The notes beneath the pieces were generated by a model that saw only the letters and a list, made by a program, of their open reading frames with translations, was not told where the DNA came from and ran no database searches. DNA of 32,000 nt, taken from positions 990,001 through 1,022,000 of the forward strand of contig NC_008312.1 of the NCBI RefSeq assembly GCF_000014265.1, read 5' to 3'. Positions 19,357-27,940 of this stretch are shown here, in pieces. A program made the position numbers and the translations under genes. The stretch comes from Trichodesmium erythraeum IMS101 (lineage in GTDB: Bacteria > Cyanobacteriota > Cyanobacteriia > Cyanobacteriales > Microcoleaceae). The first letter of the stretch is position 1; every line of letters begins with the position of its first letter.

Positions 19357-20580
19357 GTGATTAGGTTAACCCTCCTAGACCCTAAAAAAAATACTCCTTT
19401 AAAAGATTGGGACTTTCAGAACGAATCAATAATTAAGGTTGGTCGCTCTACAGATAATCATATTGTTTTATCTGATAGTTTAGTTTCCCGATACCATCTA
19501 GAGCTACATAAAATATCAAAGTCCCCATCTGGAAATATTTGGCGCTTAGTAAGCCTTGGGACAAATGGAACTTTTGTCAACGGAGTTTTGATGTCTCAAG
19601 GAATTGTTTCTGATGGTTCCCTGATACAGTTAGCAAGAGGTGGCCCGACCTTCAAGTTTCATGTTCAGGCTTTACCTGCTGCAAAGATTTCCCAGGAATG
19701 TTGTCCTCGCGCTAGTGAGAACTCACCAGGGAATCTATTCTGCATCTATTGTGGTAAACCAATTCAGGTTGAAAAAATTATTCGTCAGTATCAAGTTTTA
19801 CGGATATTGGGTCAAGGAGGCATGGGTACTACTTATTTAGCTTGGGATCAGGAGCCACATAATTTTCAAGGTATGGCCGTTTCCCCTGCTGCTGCTTTGG
19901 TGGTACTTAAGGAGATGAATGCTGATATGGCTCAAATTCGTAAGGCTCAAGAATTATTTGAAAGAGAAGCTAAGGCTTTGAAATTATTAAGCCATCCAGG
20001 TATTCCCAAGTTTTTCGATTTTTTTGTCGAAGAAGACAAGAAATATTTAGTAATGGAAATAATTCATGGGCAGGATTTGGAGAAACGCATTATTACTCAA
20101 GGACCGATTTTGCCGCAACAGGCTATAGGGTGGATGGTTCAGACTTGTGAAGTTCTAGAATATATTCACTCACAAGAGCCACCCCTGATTCACCGGGATA
20201 TTAAACCTGCTAATCTTTTAGTGCGCCGTCGTGATAATCAGATAGTGGTTTTGGATTTTGGAGCAGTGAAAGAAATTGGAACACCTTTAGGTACCAGAAT
20301 TGGAGCAGAAGGCTATAGCGCCCCCGAACAAGACCGCGGACAACCTTTGACTCAATCTGATTTGTATGCAGTGGGTGCAACTCTAATTTTTTTGCTGACA
20401 GCTAAAAGCCCAATGCATTTCTATGATAATCATGGGAATGGTTATCGTTTTTATATTGAAAACGTTCCCAATATTACACCACAACTAAGAGAGGTTATTG
20501 AAAAAGTCACACAACCATTACCTAGAGATCGCTATAAAACTGCTCCTGCGTTAGCAGAAGCATTAAATAGTTGTCTATGA
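19357..20580 (+). CDS. FHA domain / zinc-ribbon / Hanks-type Ser/Thr protein kinase
   Basis: 407-aa ORF with a GTG start; TAG at 19351-19353 closes the frame just upstream and there is no nearby in-frame ATG. [26 protein letters not shown]...GTNGTFVNG. Zn ribbon: [19 protein letters not shown]. Kinase: [38 protein letters not shown], SAPEQ. Confidence 0.9.
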   Translation: [407 protein letters not shown]

Positions 20581-20805
20581 TACTCCCAAAGTTAACTCAA
20601 AAAGGTAAAATAAGGGTATATCAATGTCATAATTTAGTATTTTACATACCTTTTTGCAGAAAACGCTACAGGATCTGTAAGTGCCTTAAGAGGAAAAAAT
20701 ATGTATGTTCTCATAAATCAAGAAAAATTAATAAAACTTATAATTATATCAAGTTTTAATTAGCTAGTACTAAATCTAGTCTGGATGTGTAATTTCTCAA
20801 AAAAA

Positions 20806-20940
20806 ATAATATCAAATCCGCTTGTTTTGGAGCTTGAGAATAAACCGGGTTCATGGGAAGTAGGCTTAGTATGGTAGAGCATTTAATATTTTCCCGGGGT
20901 TTTCTCTACTTTCTTGTACAGATACTACCGGATTTGATAC
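20806..20940. repeat. MITE-like element copy 2 (~135 nt) with perfect 11-nt terminal inverted repeat TATCAAATCCG
   Basis: Left end ataatatcaaatccg (20806-20820) and right end ccggatttgatac (to 20940). The termini match copy 1 while the interior has diverged. Confidence 0.5.
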
Positions 20941-21269
20941 AAAGTGGGAAAAATGATCAATCTTTTTGGTCAATCGAACTTGGCATCAGGAACTTCAAGG
21001 CATCTTTGAGTTCTTCACAAGGAATCTTTAGTAGTGCTTGAAACTATCTCATCATCCATTTGAAAGGAGCAATTATTATAATTCGTGCGCCGTTTAGAGT
21101 TCTTGTAATTACAATGTTACACTTGGGGCACTTAAACAATCTTGAGCAACCAAGTTTTTTTTACATGACCACGGTTGCCACAAGGGACGACAACCATAAG
21201 GAATATTTTACCTGAAAGCTATAATCTCTTTAGCTGCTTACCTTAAGCCTAATTGGGAAGGTGAGTAAA

Positions 21270-21488
21270 TTAATCCTCTTCCCAAGCTTCTACAGCTAAT
21301 AGTTCACTAATTGGATCTTTCATAGAAAAACCAAACTCTTCTAGTTCTTTTTTCCAATAAACCCATTTATCTCCAAAAAGTAGAGCTATCTTCCAGATAC
21401 TATCTGTTGGCTTAATTATGTTAGATTCCCGAAGAGAATTTACCTGACGTTGGAGTTTATCCATCGGGTGTATGACCTGTTGGCTCAT
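21270..21488 (-). CDS. Hypothetical small protein (72 aa)
   Basis: ORF with an AAGAGG Shine-Dalgarno-like motif 5 nt upstream of the ATG (reverse complement of cataatacctctt at 21486-21498). I recognise no family. Confidence 0.4.
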   Translation of the reverse strand: MSQQVIHPMDKLQRQVNSLRESNIIKPTDSIWKIALLFGDKWVYWKKELEEFGFSMKDPISELLAVEAWEED

Positions 21489-22079
21489 AATACCTCTTAA
21501 TTTTTAAAATTCTGCTAAATACAGCATCTCCATTCTCACTTTTACCGATCCGTAGATTTTTTGTGGCCTTGGAGAAGGTACTTTAAATTAGTACGTTTTA
21601 TAGTTTTATAATTTAACACACTTGCTTTTGGCAAGCAAGTATATGGAAAAATCAATTATAAAAAGTATATTATAAGTTTAGTTTATATAATTGAAATTTT
21701 ATAAGTTTTCCTACTTGAAAAAAATGAATTAATATGATAATCTATAAGGCTATCCTGAGTTATTAAACTATCTCTGTTTATTATTATATAGATATGATAA
21801 CACAAAGTAAATATTTATCAAGATTCACAGCAATTTTGATATAGTAGACCAAAAATCTTGGTCAAGCGGAAGTTGCCAAATCGAATAGGTGAATAAATCT
21901 AAAAAAAAGTAAAAATTTATGTTAAACTAGGGAAGCTTCTTTCTAAAATAATTGCTATGTAAAACCTGCTTGTCTTGAGAAAGGGACGTGAGGCTTTATC
22001 TTCATCTCGTCTCGTCTCCTAAACTTCTCTTTTCTTATGTATATCCTTAAAATTCCACTTTGGACCTAATGAGTCTTGA

Positions 22080-22690
22080 GAAAGCTTACTACTTTCAAAT
22101 CCTCGGCAGTTTTAATGTTGTAGCAGTAGCGGTGTAGAAGTTGTATGTTTTTGTATGCATCTTCTCTATCTATAAACCTAGCAACAATATAGTCAACTTC
22201 GATTTGTACCTTTGGTCTAAAATTTCATCCGGAAGATGTGCATTAGTTTTTCTGACTTTTTAATAGATTCGCTACTATGGTTTTTATGCCGGGATATTTA
22301 CCGACTTTATTACTCCAAGAAATCTAGTCACCATGATAGATTTGATTTATTACCTTCAATTTTATTGAACTGTATAATGGGTATATCCGAATGAAGGTTT
22401 AGTATATATTTACCTTTGTTTAGAATCTAGTTTCTGGTTTCTGTTGATGATTTGCCAGCTTTTGTTACATCCCCTGGAATTTTTCAGATCCAAGATCTGG
22501 GGACACTCCATAAGTCTTTATTCCATACTACTTAAGAATATGTTGGTAAGTACTGGGCTTATATACCCCTGCCTGTGCTGTTCCTTCCAAAGTGTCTGAA
22601 AATTATTTGTTATCAAAAACCCAGGATCTTAACCATTGTTTGATTAAACGTTTATATGGTGTTTTCCCAATTTTTCTTAATTGCTATATA
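22080..22690 (-). pseudogene. Decayed reverse-transcriptase-like fragment (group II intron-type RT domains 3-5), N-terminally truncated
   Basis: Reverse-strand translation gives KRLIKQWLRSWVFDNK*FSDTLEGTAQAGVYKPSTYQHIL (compare LI.KWLKAGV.E......GTPQGGVISPLLANI.L). About 80 aa later comes QIYHGD* (compare RYADD). There are multiple stops and frameshifts. Confidence 0.35.
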
Positions 22691-22705
22691 TATTTGGTAT
22701 AATCA

Positions 22706-23788
22706 CTAAAAATCAGTTAACAATCTAAGTTTTCTGAGAACAAAAGTTAGCACGGTCTCTTGGGAAGAAATAATATCAGCTCGACCTTCCATTCCTGGTT
22801 GAATCAGATATTGACTACCGCCTTTGACTAAGTAAGGTTTTTCAGGTTCTATAGTGACCTCATAATAAGCTTCTTTAAGTACTTGATGAGCGATAGCATC
22901 TGGAGAAATTGAACGTACAGTTCCTTTGAGAATACCATAATCAGGAAAAGGATAAGCTGAAACTCGAATTTGTACGGGTTGACCTATTTTTACTTTGGCA
23001 ATATCTGCTGCTGTCACCCTAGCCTTAAATACTATATGCGCGTTGTTAGGGACTATCTGAGCGATCGCTGCTCCTGATTCGACAGTTTGCCCAGGATTAC
23101 GCAAAGATAACTTAAATATAGTACCATTTGCAGGAGCAATGATTACACTATTATTAAGTTTAGCATTTACCTGTTCTAGTTCTCTGTTACCAGCAGTCAA
23201 TTCTTTAATTAATTCGGTTCGCTTAACTATCAGGTCCCGTCTATCTTTAGCAAACTGTTGAGCAACTTTAGGCAAAGATAAGGATAGCTCTAAAATAGCT
23301 GACTCAATAGATGATTTATCTATCTTATTATTTTCTGCTATGGTAAATTGTGACTGATACTGAAAAGTTTGAGGTCTAGCAGTAGCTAAGATTTGAACCT
23401 CTAAAGCAGATATTTGTTGATTAATTTGCTCTAATTCTATGTCGCACTGTTGGATTTTTTCTTGTAGTTGAGTTTTTTGACGACTCAGAGCAGATTCATC
23501 TATGCGTGCGATCGCATCTCCTTCATGAACTACTTGGTTTTCATTTACTTCTATACTGTCAATTTTACCCTCTGTAGGTGCTTGAACAATTCTTACGTCT
23601 CCTATTGGTCGAGCAATAGCTTCTGTTCTCACAGTAGGGTTATACTTTACTAGGCTAATTAGGGCAATAGCTGCACCAAATGTACCCAATAAGAACATTC
23701 CACCTATCTTATTCCAACGACTCATAGGAGGGAGAAATTCATCACTTTCTAAGGGTTGTACTTCTGTAGAATCAAAATTATTAAACAT
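22706..23788 (-). CDS. HlyD-family secretion adaptor (membrane fusion protein) for the peptide exporter
   Basis: 360-aa ORF. N-terminal TM (IGGMFLLGTFGAAIALISLV), a lipoyl-like hairpin (VQAPTEGKIDSIEVNENQVVHEGDAIARID), a long coiled coil, APANGTIFKLSLRNPGQTV, and C-terminal PGMEGRADIISSQETVLTFVLRKL. Confidence 0.9.
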   Translation of the reverse strand: MFNNFDSTEVQPLESDEFLPPMSRWNKIGGMFLLGTFGAAIALISLVKYNPTVRTEAIARPIGDVRIVQAPTEGKIDSIEVNENQVVHEGDAIARIDESALSRQKTQLQEKIQQCDIELEQINQQISALEVQILATARPQTFQYQSQFTIAENNKIDKSSIESAILELSLSLPKVAQQFAKDRRDLIVKRTELIKELTAGNRELEQVNAKLNNSVIIAPANGTIFKLSLRNPGQTVESGAAIAQIVPNNAHIVFKARVTAADIAKVKIGQPVQIRVSAYPFPDYGILKGTVRSISPDAIAHQVLKEAYYEVTIEPEKPYLVKGGSQYLIQPGMEGRADIISSQETVLTFVLRKLRLLTDF

Positions 23789-24548
23789 AATTTATTTTTA
23801 CTTACTAAAATAATTTTTTTGAGGCTAAATTGAGAGATGAATATTAAGTTTAGATAGTTACTTACTAGACTGACACATATTTAATATTGCGTTACGACAA
23901 ATTTTTAAATACCTTTGGTAATCTAAATTTTAGGTTTAAATATACACTCTACAAGCTTGGCACTAAATTAGCTGTATTACTCCACCAGAATGTGTCATGG
24001 TCAATGAGCTTATATAAAATACAAAAAATTGTGCTAAGCTCCGAATGTCATCCGGAACCCTATAAATTTTTGGTAGCACATATTAAGACCAATTTCCATG
24101 TATTAATACTATACTTAGATAGCACTTCAGTTACTACATGATTAACACCAAGGGAATAATCTTTTTGCATGATAAACATTCTCTGATTATGTTAATTTGA
24201 TAAATTTTGTACGAAAATTGCATACAACATTTTTACCCATAATACTCTTAATTCACTATTAAATTTTGATATTTACTATCGGCAATTTGGCAAAAAATAA
24301 GTAAAAAATGCTATCAAAGCCTTATATAGTAATTGTTTTATACTTAATTAATTTGTTTGCTAATTGATATTATTTATCTACGTTTCAGCCATTTTTAGCA
24401 ACAGCTACTTATTTCCCTTGCCTCTATTAGCAATGACAGGAATTTTCACTATAAAAAATGTCAAAGTACTGCTATAAGTTATCTTACTTACCTATTTTTT
24501 ACTTTCTAGCATAGGGAATTATTGAGCTTAGGAGTTATTTTGTAAGTG

Positions 24549-24556
24549 ATCCGGAT
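24549..24556. promoter_or_regulatory. ATCCGGAT palindrome, distal copy upstream of precursor 1
   Basis: Exact 8-nt palindrome. It is one of only four in the window, all in precursor-gene upstream regions. Confidence 0.35.
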
Positions 24557-24630
24557 AAATTTAAAAATTGCAGAAATTAGGATTAAAGTTAATATTCAAA
24601 AGAAGGTGATTAATTATAGAAGTTAGAAAA

Positions 24631-24638
24631 ATCCGGAT
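24631..24638. promoter_or_regulatory. ATCCGGAT palindrome 108 nt upstream of precursor 1 start (24746)
   Basis: Exact palindrome. A TATAAA -10-like hexamer lies about 20 nt downstream. Confidence 0.4.
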
Positions 24639-24745
24639 ACTGTAGGTTATTTGGGAAGTATAAACTCAACTTCCTTCAGAAGTTAAAGAAATCAGCAAAG
24701 ATTACTATTATTTTATGAGAACTATTAACCATGAGGAAGCTGATC

Positions 24746-24961
24746 ATGCAACAATCTCAAAAACAGCAACTTTTTACAGAATTAAACTTAGAAGAATCTA
24801 TTATAATCAATGGTGGTTATAATGAAAATTATAAATATCATCGTAGTTTTTTAGGCTTTCAACTTTGCCCTCGCAGTAATTACAATTATAACCGTTATTC
24901 TCCTAACAATAAACGTTATAATTATAACTACTATAAGGGGAATACAAGAGGCTATTACTAA
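24746..24961 (+). CDS. Double-glycine-leader precursor peptide 1 (Tyr/Asn-rich core)
   Basis: Leader MQQSQKQQLFTELNLEESIIINGG aligns with the three paralogs. GAGGAAG SD-like motif 8 nt upstream of ATG 24746; the ORF track's 24731 start adds 5 unconserved residues. 47-aa core YNENYKYHRSFLGFQLCPRSNYNYNRYSPNNKRYNYNYYKGNTRGYY (12 Tyr, 10 Asn). Confidence 0.75.
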   Translation: MQQSQKQQLFTELNLEESIIINGGYNENYKYHRSFLGFQLCPRSNYNYNRYSPNNKRYNYNYYKGNTRGYY

Positions 24962-27052
24962 TTAAAATTATTCTTATTTTACTACTGAAAACCTATTAGT
25001 TAAGGTTAATTGCTGACTACTCAATGATTACTTTTGACTCCCAGGGACATTAACAAAAATCCTGTGATAGCCTAAGTTAATTTTTAACATTCTTTTTTCA
25101 CTCTTGGTATATACTAAACATAATATTGCTTAAAGTTGCTCAATCCCCAAACCTTCCTGATAGATTACTATTGCCTTTTGGCTTTTGACTTTATCATAGG
25201 GTTATATTATACCATTAAAAAAAAGAATAAAAAAAAGAATATTACGAAAAATTCTAAGTAGTTATACAAAATTAATTACACATACTTTCAAGCTAAAAAG
25301 CATATATTTCCTGTAATTTGGGAATAAATAATGGAAATTAATTTTGTATAGACAATTTTTACCTCTATGACTTTTATAGTTTATTTCTAGTATTTTTACA
25401 TAATAATTATGAAAGTTTTAGCTATATAAAATCAGGAATATCTTCGTAGATATAGCAATCCTAAATAGGTTGTAAAAATATAATTGCAAAAATAATATCT
25501 CTACTTCACTAGACAAAAAAATGAAGATTATAGATAAAATAGATAATTTTATACTTTAGAAAAAAAATCCTAAAGAAACAACAATAGCTTTAGTATTAAA
25601 AATGATTTGGTGAGTAAATACTCTTATAAAAACACCAATAATTATTAAAGGTTTCTCACAGTTTATAGATCTGAAATAAAAAAAATTAGCACTTTTTATA
25701 GCCCTATAAATTTTAATAATTTAGCTATATTTTTTTAAAAAACCACATTAATTTAAGTAAAAAAAGAGGAACCAATTTCTGGGTATTGAGCAAAAAAATA
25801 TTTTAGAATATCAGGCTTAAAAAACTATTTACAACAAACAATTTAATGTAGTTTTTAATTCGCATAAAAGTTATTATAATGACTATGAAAAAGATGTTTA
25901 TTCATTGAAATAATTCCCCAACCAAGAATTATACTAAAAATGATTAATTTGTGAAAGCAAAAAAAGTTAGAGAGGATAAATTGGCAAAATAGCAACGAGA
26001 AATAGAAACTATAAAGCTGGCTATGTTTATGATTAAGGAATGTTATATCTTATGAAAAGACTTTTGAGTTTATGGTTGGGTACCAATAGATAAAAGAATA
26101 AAAAATCCACTCACAAATGAAAAAAAATCTACTTATTCTGGCGTCTTAAACTACCAAGCCCCATAATTTATTGATGTTAAAAAGAAGTGGAAATACTGAA
26201 AATACTATGAAAAATATTTAACTATTTACAGCAGCCAAGGCAGGGAAAAAATGAGCAATATTTGGGGATAGAAGCACTGATAATAATTTGAGATAATTTT
26301 GATAATATTTAATGACAAAAAATAGCTAAAAAAACCGAAGGATAATGGTGAATAAATTGTATAAAATTTTCTCCGAATACCCCGGAGTAAAACCCCGTTA
26401 AAAATATTTAGTCACAAGGTAAAAATTTCATCGGACAATTTAATCATCTTTGCAGTTATTTGAAAATAGTTAATTTATTTGAAGTTTTTTGCACTCTGGT
26501 CAAATATTCGACTTTCCCCAACTTTTTAAGTATTAAATTGTACCACAACCAATACACGAAATGTTATGAGTAGTTAAGATGAATCTAAATATAGAACACT
26601 CTCTAGTTTAAATTAAAATAAAAATATATTTTTAGTAAAAATTAATGGGATAAAAATGACAATAAAAAGACAAGTTATTGTTCAAAAAACATAAACAGAA
26701 GTTTTTGTACTAAAAAAATAGAGAAGGTTACTTAATAATTAAAATTACACCCAAGTATAGCATTCTTTATTCACAGTTATTATAAAACTGTATCTCATAG
26801 ATTAAATGAATACTATTATCTTAATTTATAAATATTTAAAAGAAACATAAAAATAGAAAAGAAAAGCAGATAAATTTTGTAAATAAAACTCTTTATTTTA
26901 ATATCAATAAATATTTAAATCTAGTCATGATATGGTCTAATTTTTGGAAATCATTATGACTGAAAATACTATAAATAAATATTGATTTTTTTTATTTATA
27001 TGTTTTATTACAATAATAATTACTTAATTAAAAAATATTTGGCTAAGTATTT

Positions 27053-27060
27053 ATCCGGAT
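27053..27060. promoter_or_regulatory. ATCCGGAT palindrome (TATCCGGATA) 100 nt upstream of precursor 2 start (27160)
   Basis: Exact palindrome, extended to 10 nt. Confidence 0.4.
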
Positions 27061-27159
27061 ATTACTAAACACTTAGGAATAATGAATTGTAATTCCCAGT
27101 AGTCAACATAAATTATTAAAGGTTACTAATGTAGTTAATTAAGGTTAAGGATAATTTTT

Positions 27160-27384
27160 ATGCAAGAAAGACAAGAAACAAAAAATAATCAACTTTTTAC
27201 TGATTTTTCTACTGAAGAATCTGCTACTATTAATGGCGGCCATAGATATTATGGTAGTAACAGTCATCGCGGTTATTACAGTTATGGCTATCGTAATTAT
27301 TATCCTCGTTATTATCGTCGATCTGTACGTTACTATTCCCATTCTTCCTACTCCTATAATCCCTACCATCACGGCTGTTACTAA
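27160..27384 (+). CDS. Double-glycine-leader precursor peptide 2 (Tyr/Arg/Ser/His-rich core)
   Basis: Leader MQERQETKNNQLFTDFSTEESATINGG. AAGGA lies 9 nt upstream. 47-aa core HRYYGSNSHRGYYSYGYRNYYPRYYRRSVRYYSHSSYSYNPYHHGCY (16 Tyr, 7 Arg). Confidence 0.8.
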   Translation: MQERQETKNNQLFTDFSTEESATINGGHRYYGSNSHRGYYSYGYRNYYPRYYRRSVRYYSHSSYSYNPYHHGCY

Positions 27385-27487
27385 TTAAAAATTTTTCATA
27401 GTAGTTTTCTCCTGATTAATTGAAAAAAAGTAATTTTTTTAGTATTTTTTTATCTGCCATTTATGAGAATATAATCAGGAAAAAAAT

Positions 27488-27495
27488 ATCCGGAT
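27488..27495. promoter_or_regulatory. ATCCGGAT palindrome 96 nt upstream of precursor 3 start (27591)
   Basis: Exact palindrome. TATAAT hexamers lie about 36-50 nt downstream. Confidence 0.4.
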
Positions 27496-27590
27496 GCTAG
27501 AAATAAATAAAGAATAATAGATAGGAATTTATAATATATTTATAATTTTTTAACTATCTTATAAACCCAAATAAAACAGAGGATAGTCTT

Positions 27591-27803
27591 ATGCAAAAAA
27601 CTCAAAAAAGCGAACTATTTTCTAACCTTTCTTCTGAAGAATCTGGCACTATTAATGGTGGTCATTATTATAATAATAATTACGATTATAGTCGCTCTGT
27701 ACGTTACTATCATCGTCCTATTAGCTACCACTATCGTAGCTATAGCTACTATTATAGTCGCCCTGTCAGTTATAGCTACGGAGGCTATTATTATTGCGAC
27801 TAA
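27591..27803 (+). CDS. Double-glycine-leader precursor peptide 3 (Tyr/Ser/Arg-rich core)
   Basis: Leader MQKTQKSELFSNLSSEESGTINGG. GAGGA lies 8 nt upstream. 46-aa core HYYNNNYDYSRSVRYYHRPISYHYRSYSYYYSRPVSYSYGGYYYCD (17 Tyr). Confidence 0.8.
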   Translation: MQKTQKSELFSNLSSEESGTINGGHYYNNNYDYSRSVRYYHRPISYHYRSYSYYYSRPVSYSYGGYYYCD

Positions 27804-27940
27804 AAGTTAATGTAAAAATCAAAAAAATCTCCTGAAGCTTCACCTGATAAAAAGAATAATCTATTACAAATCATCAGATAGTTTCGTAAACAAATATAAC
27901 TTAAACGACCTTATTGATTAAATTATATTTAAGGAAAAAA

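Noticed and set aside
19640-19840. 66-aa + strand ORF in an alternative frame
   Set aside because: It is embedded in the FHA-kinase gene, whose own frame carries clear FHA and kinase motifs.
20571-20759. 62-aa Lys/Cys-rich ORF overlapping the kinase stop
   Set aside because: Its composition is what AT-rich non-coding DNA yields, and there is no RBS or homology signal.
20853-21041. 62-aa + strand ORF
   Set aside because: It starts inside MITE-like element copy 2, so it is most likely a fortuitous ORF.
21084-21200. GTGCG at 21084 resembling a group II intron 5' end
   Set aside because: It is on the + strand, whereas the RT-like relic is on the minus strand. I found no domain V-like hairpin or matching 3' end, and the pentamer alone is expected by chance.
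23468-23653. 61-aa + strand ORF
   Set aside because: It is antisense to the hlyD coding sequence and has no supporting features.
23887-24141. 84-aa ORF between hlyD and precursor 1
   Set aside because: It has a TTG start, no SD and no recognisable domain. I considered it as a possible immunity protein, but it lacks TM helices.
24731-24745. Longer starts for precursor 1 (24731) and, likewise, precursor 4 (27914)
   Set aside because: All four paralogs align from an M-Q start, with an SD-like motif placed for that ATG. The upstream residues are not shared.
27145-27372. 75-aa minus-strand ORF (ITIT/TVIT low complexity)
   Set aside because: It is the mirror image of the Tyr/Arg-rich codon periodicity of precursor 2. 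The + strand reading has the conserved GG leader, an SD motif and three paralogs, and the antisense reading has none of these.
27804-27860. Palindrome tgaagcttca after precursor 3 as a possible terminator
   Set aside because: The two arms are directly adjacent with no loop, and no T-tract follows, so it is unlikely to act as an intrinsic terminator.
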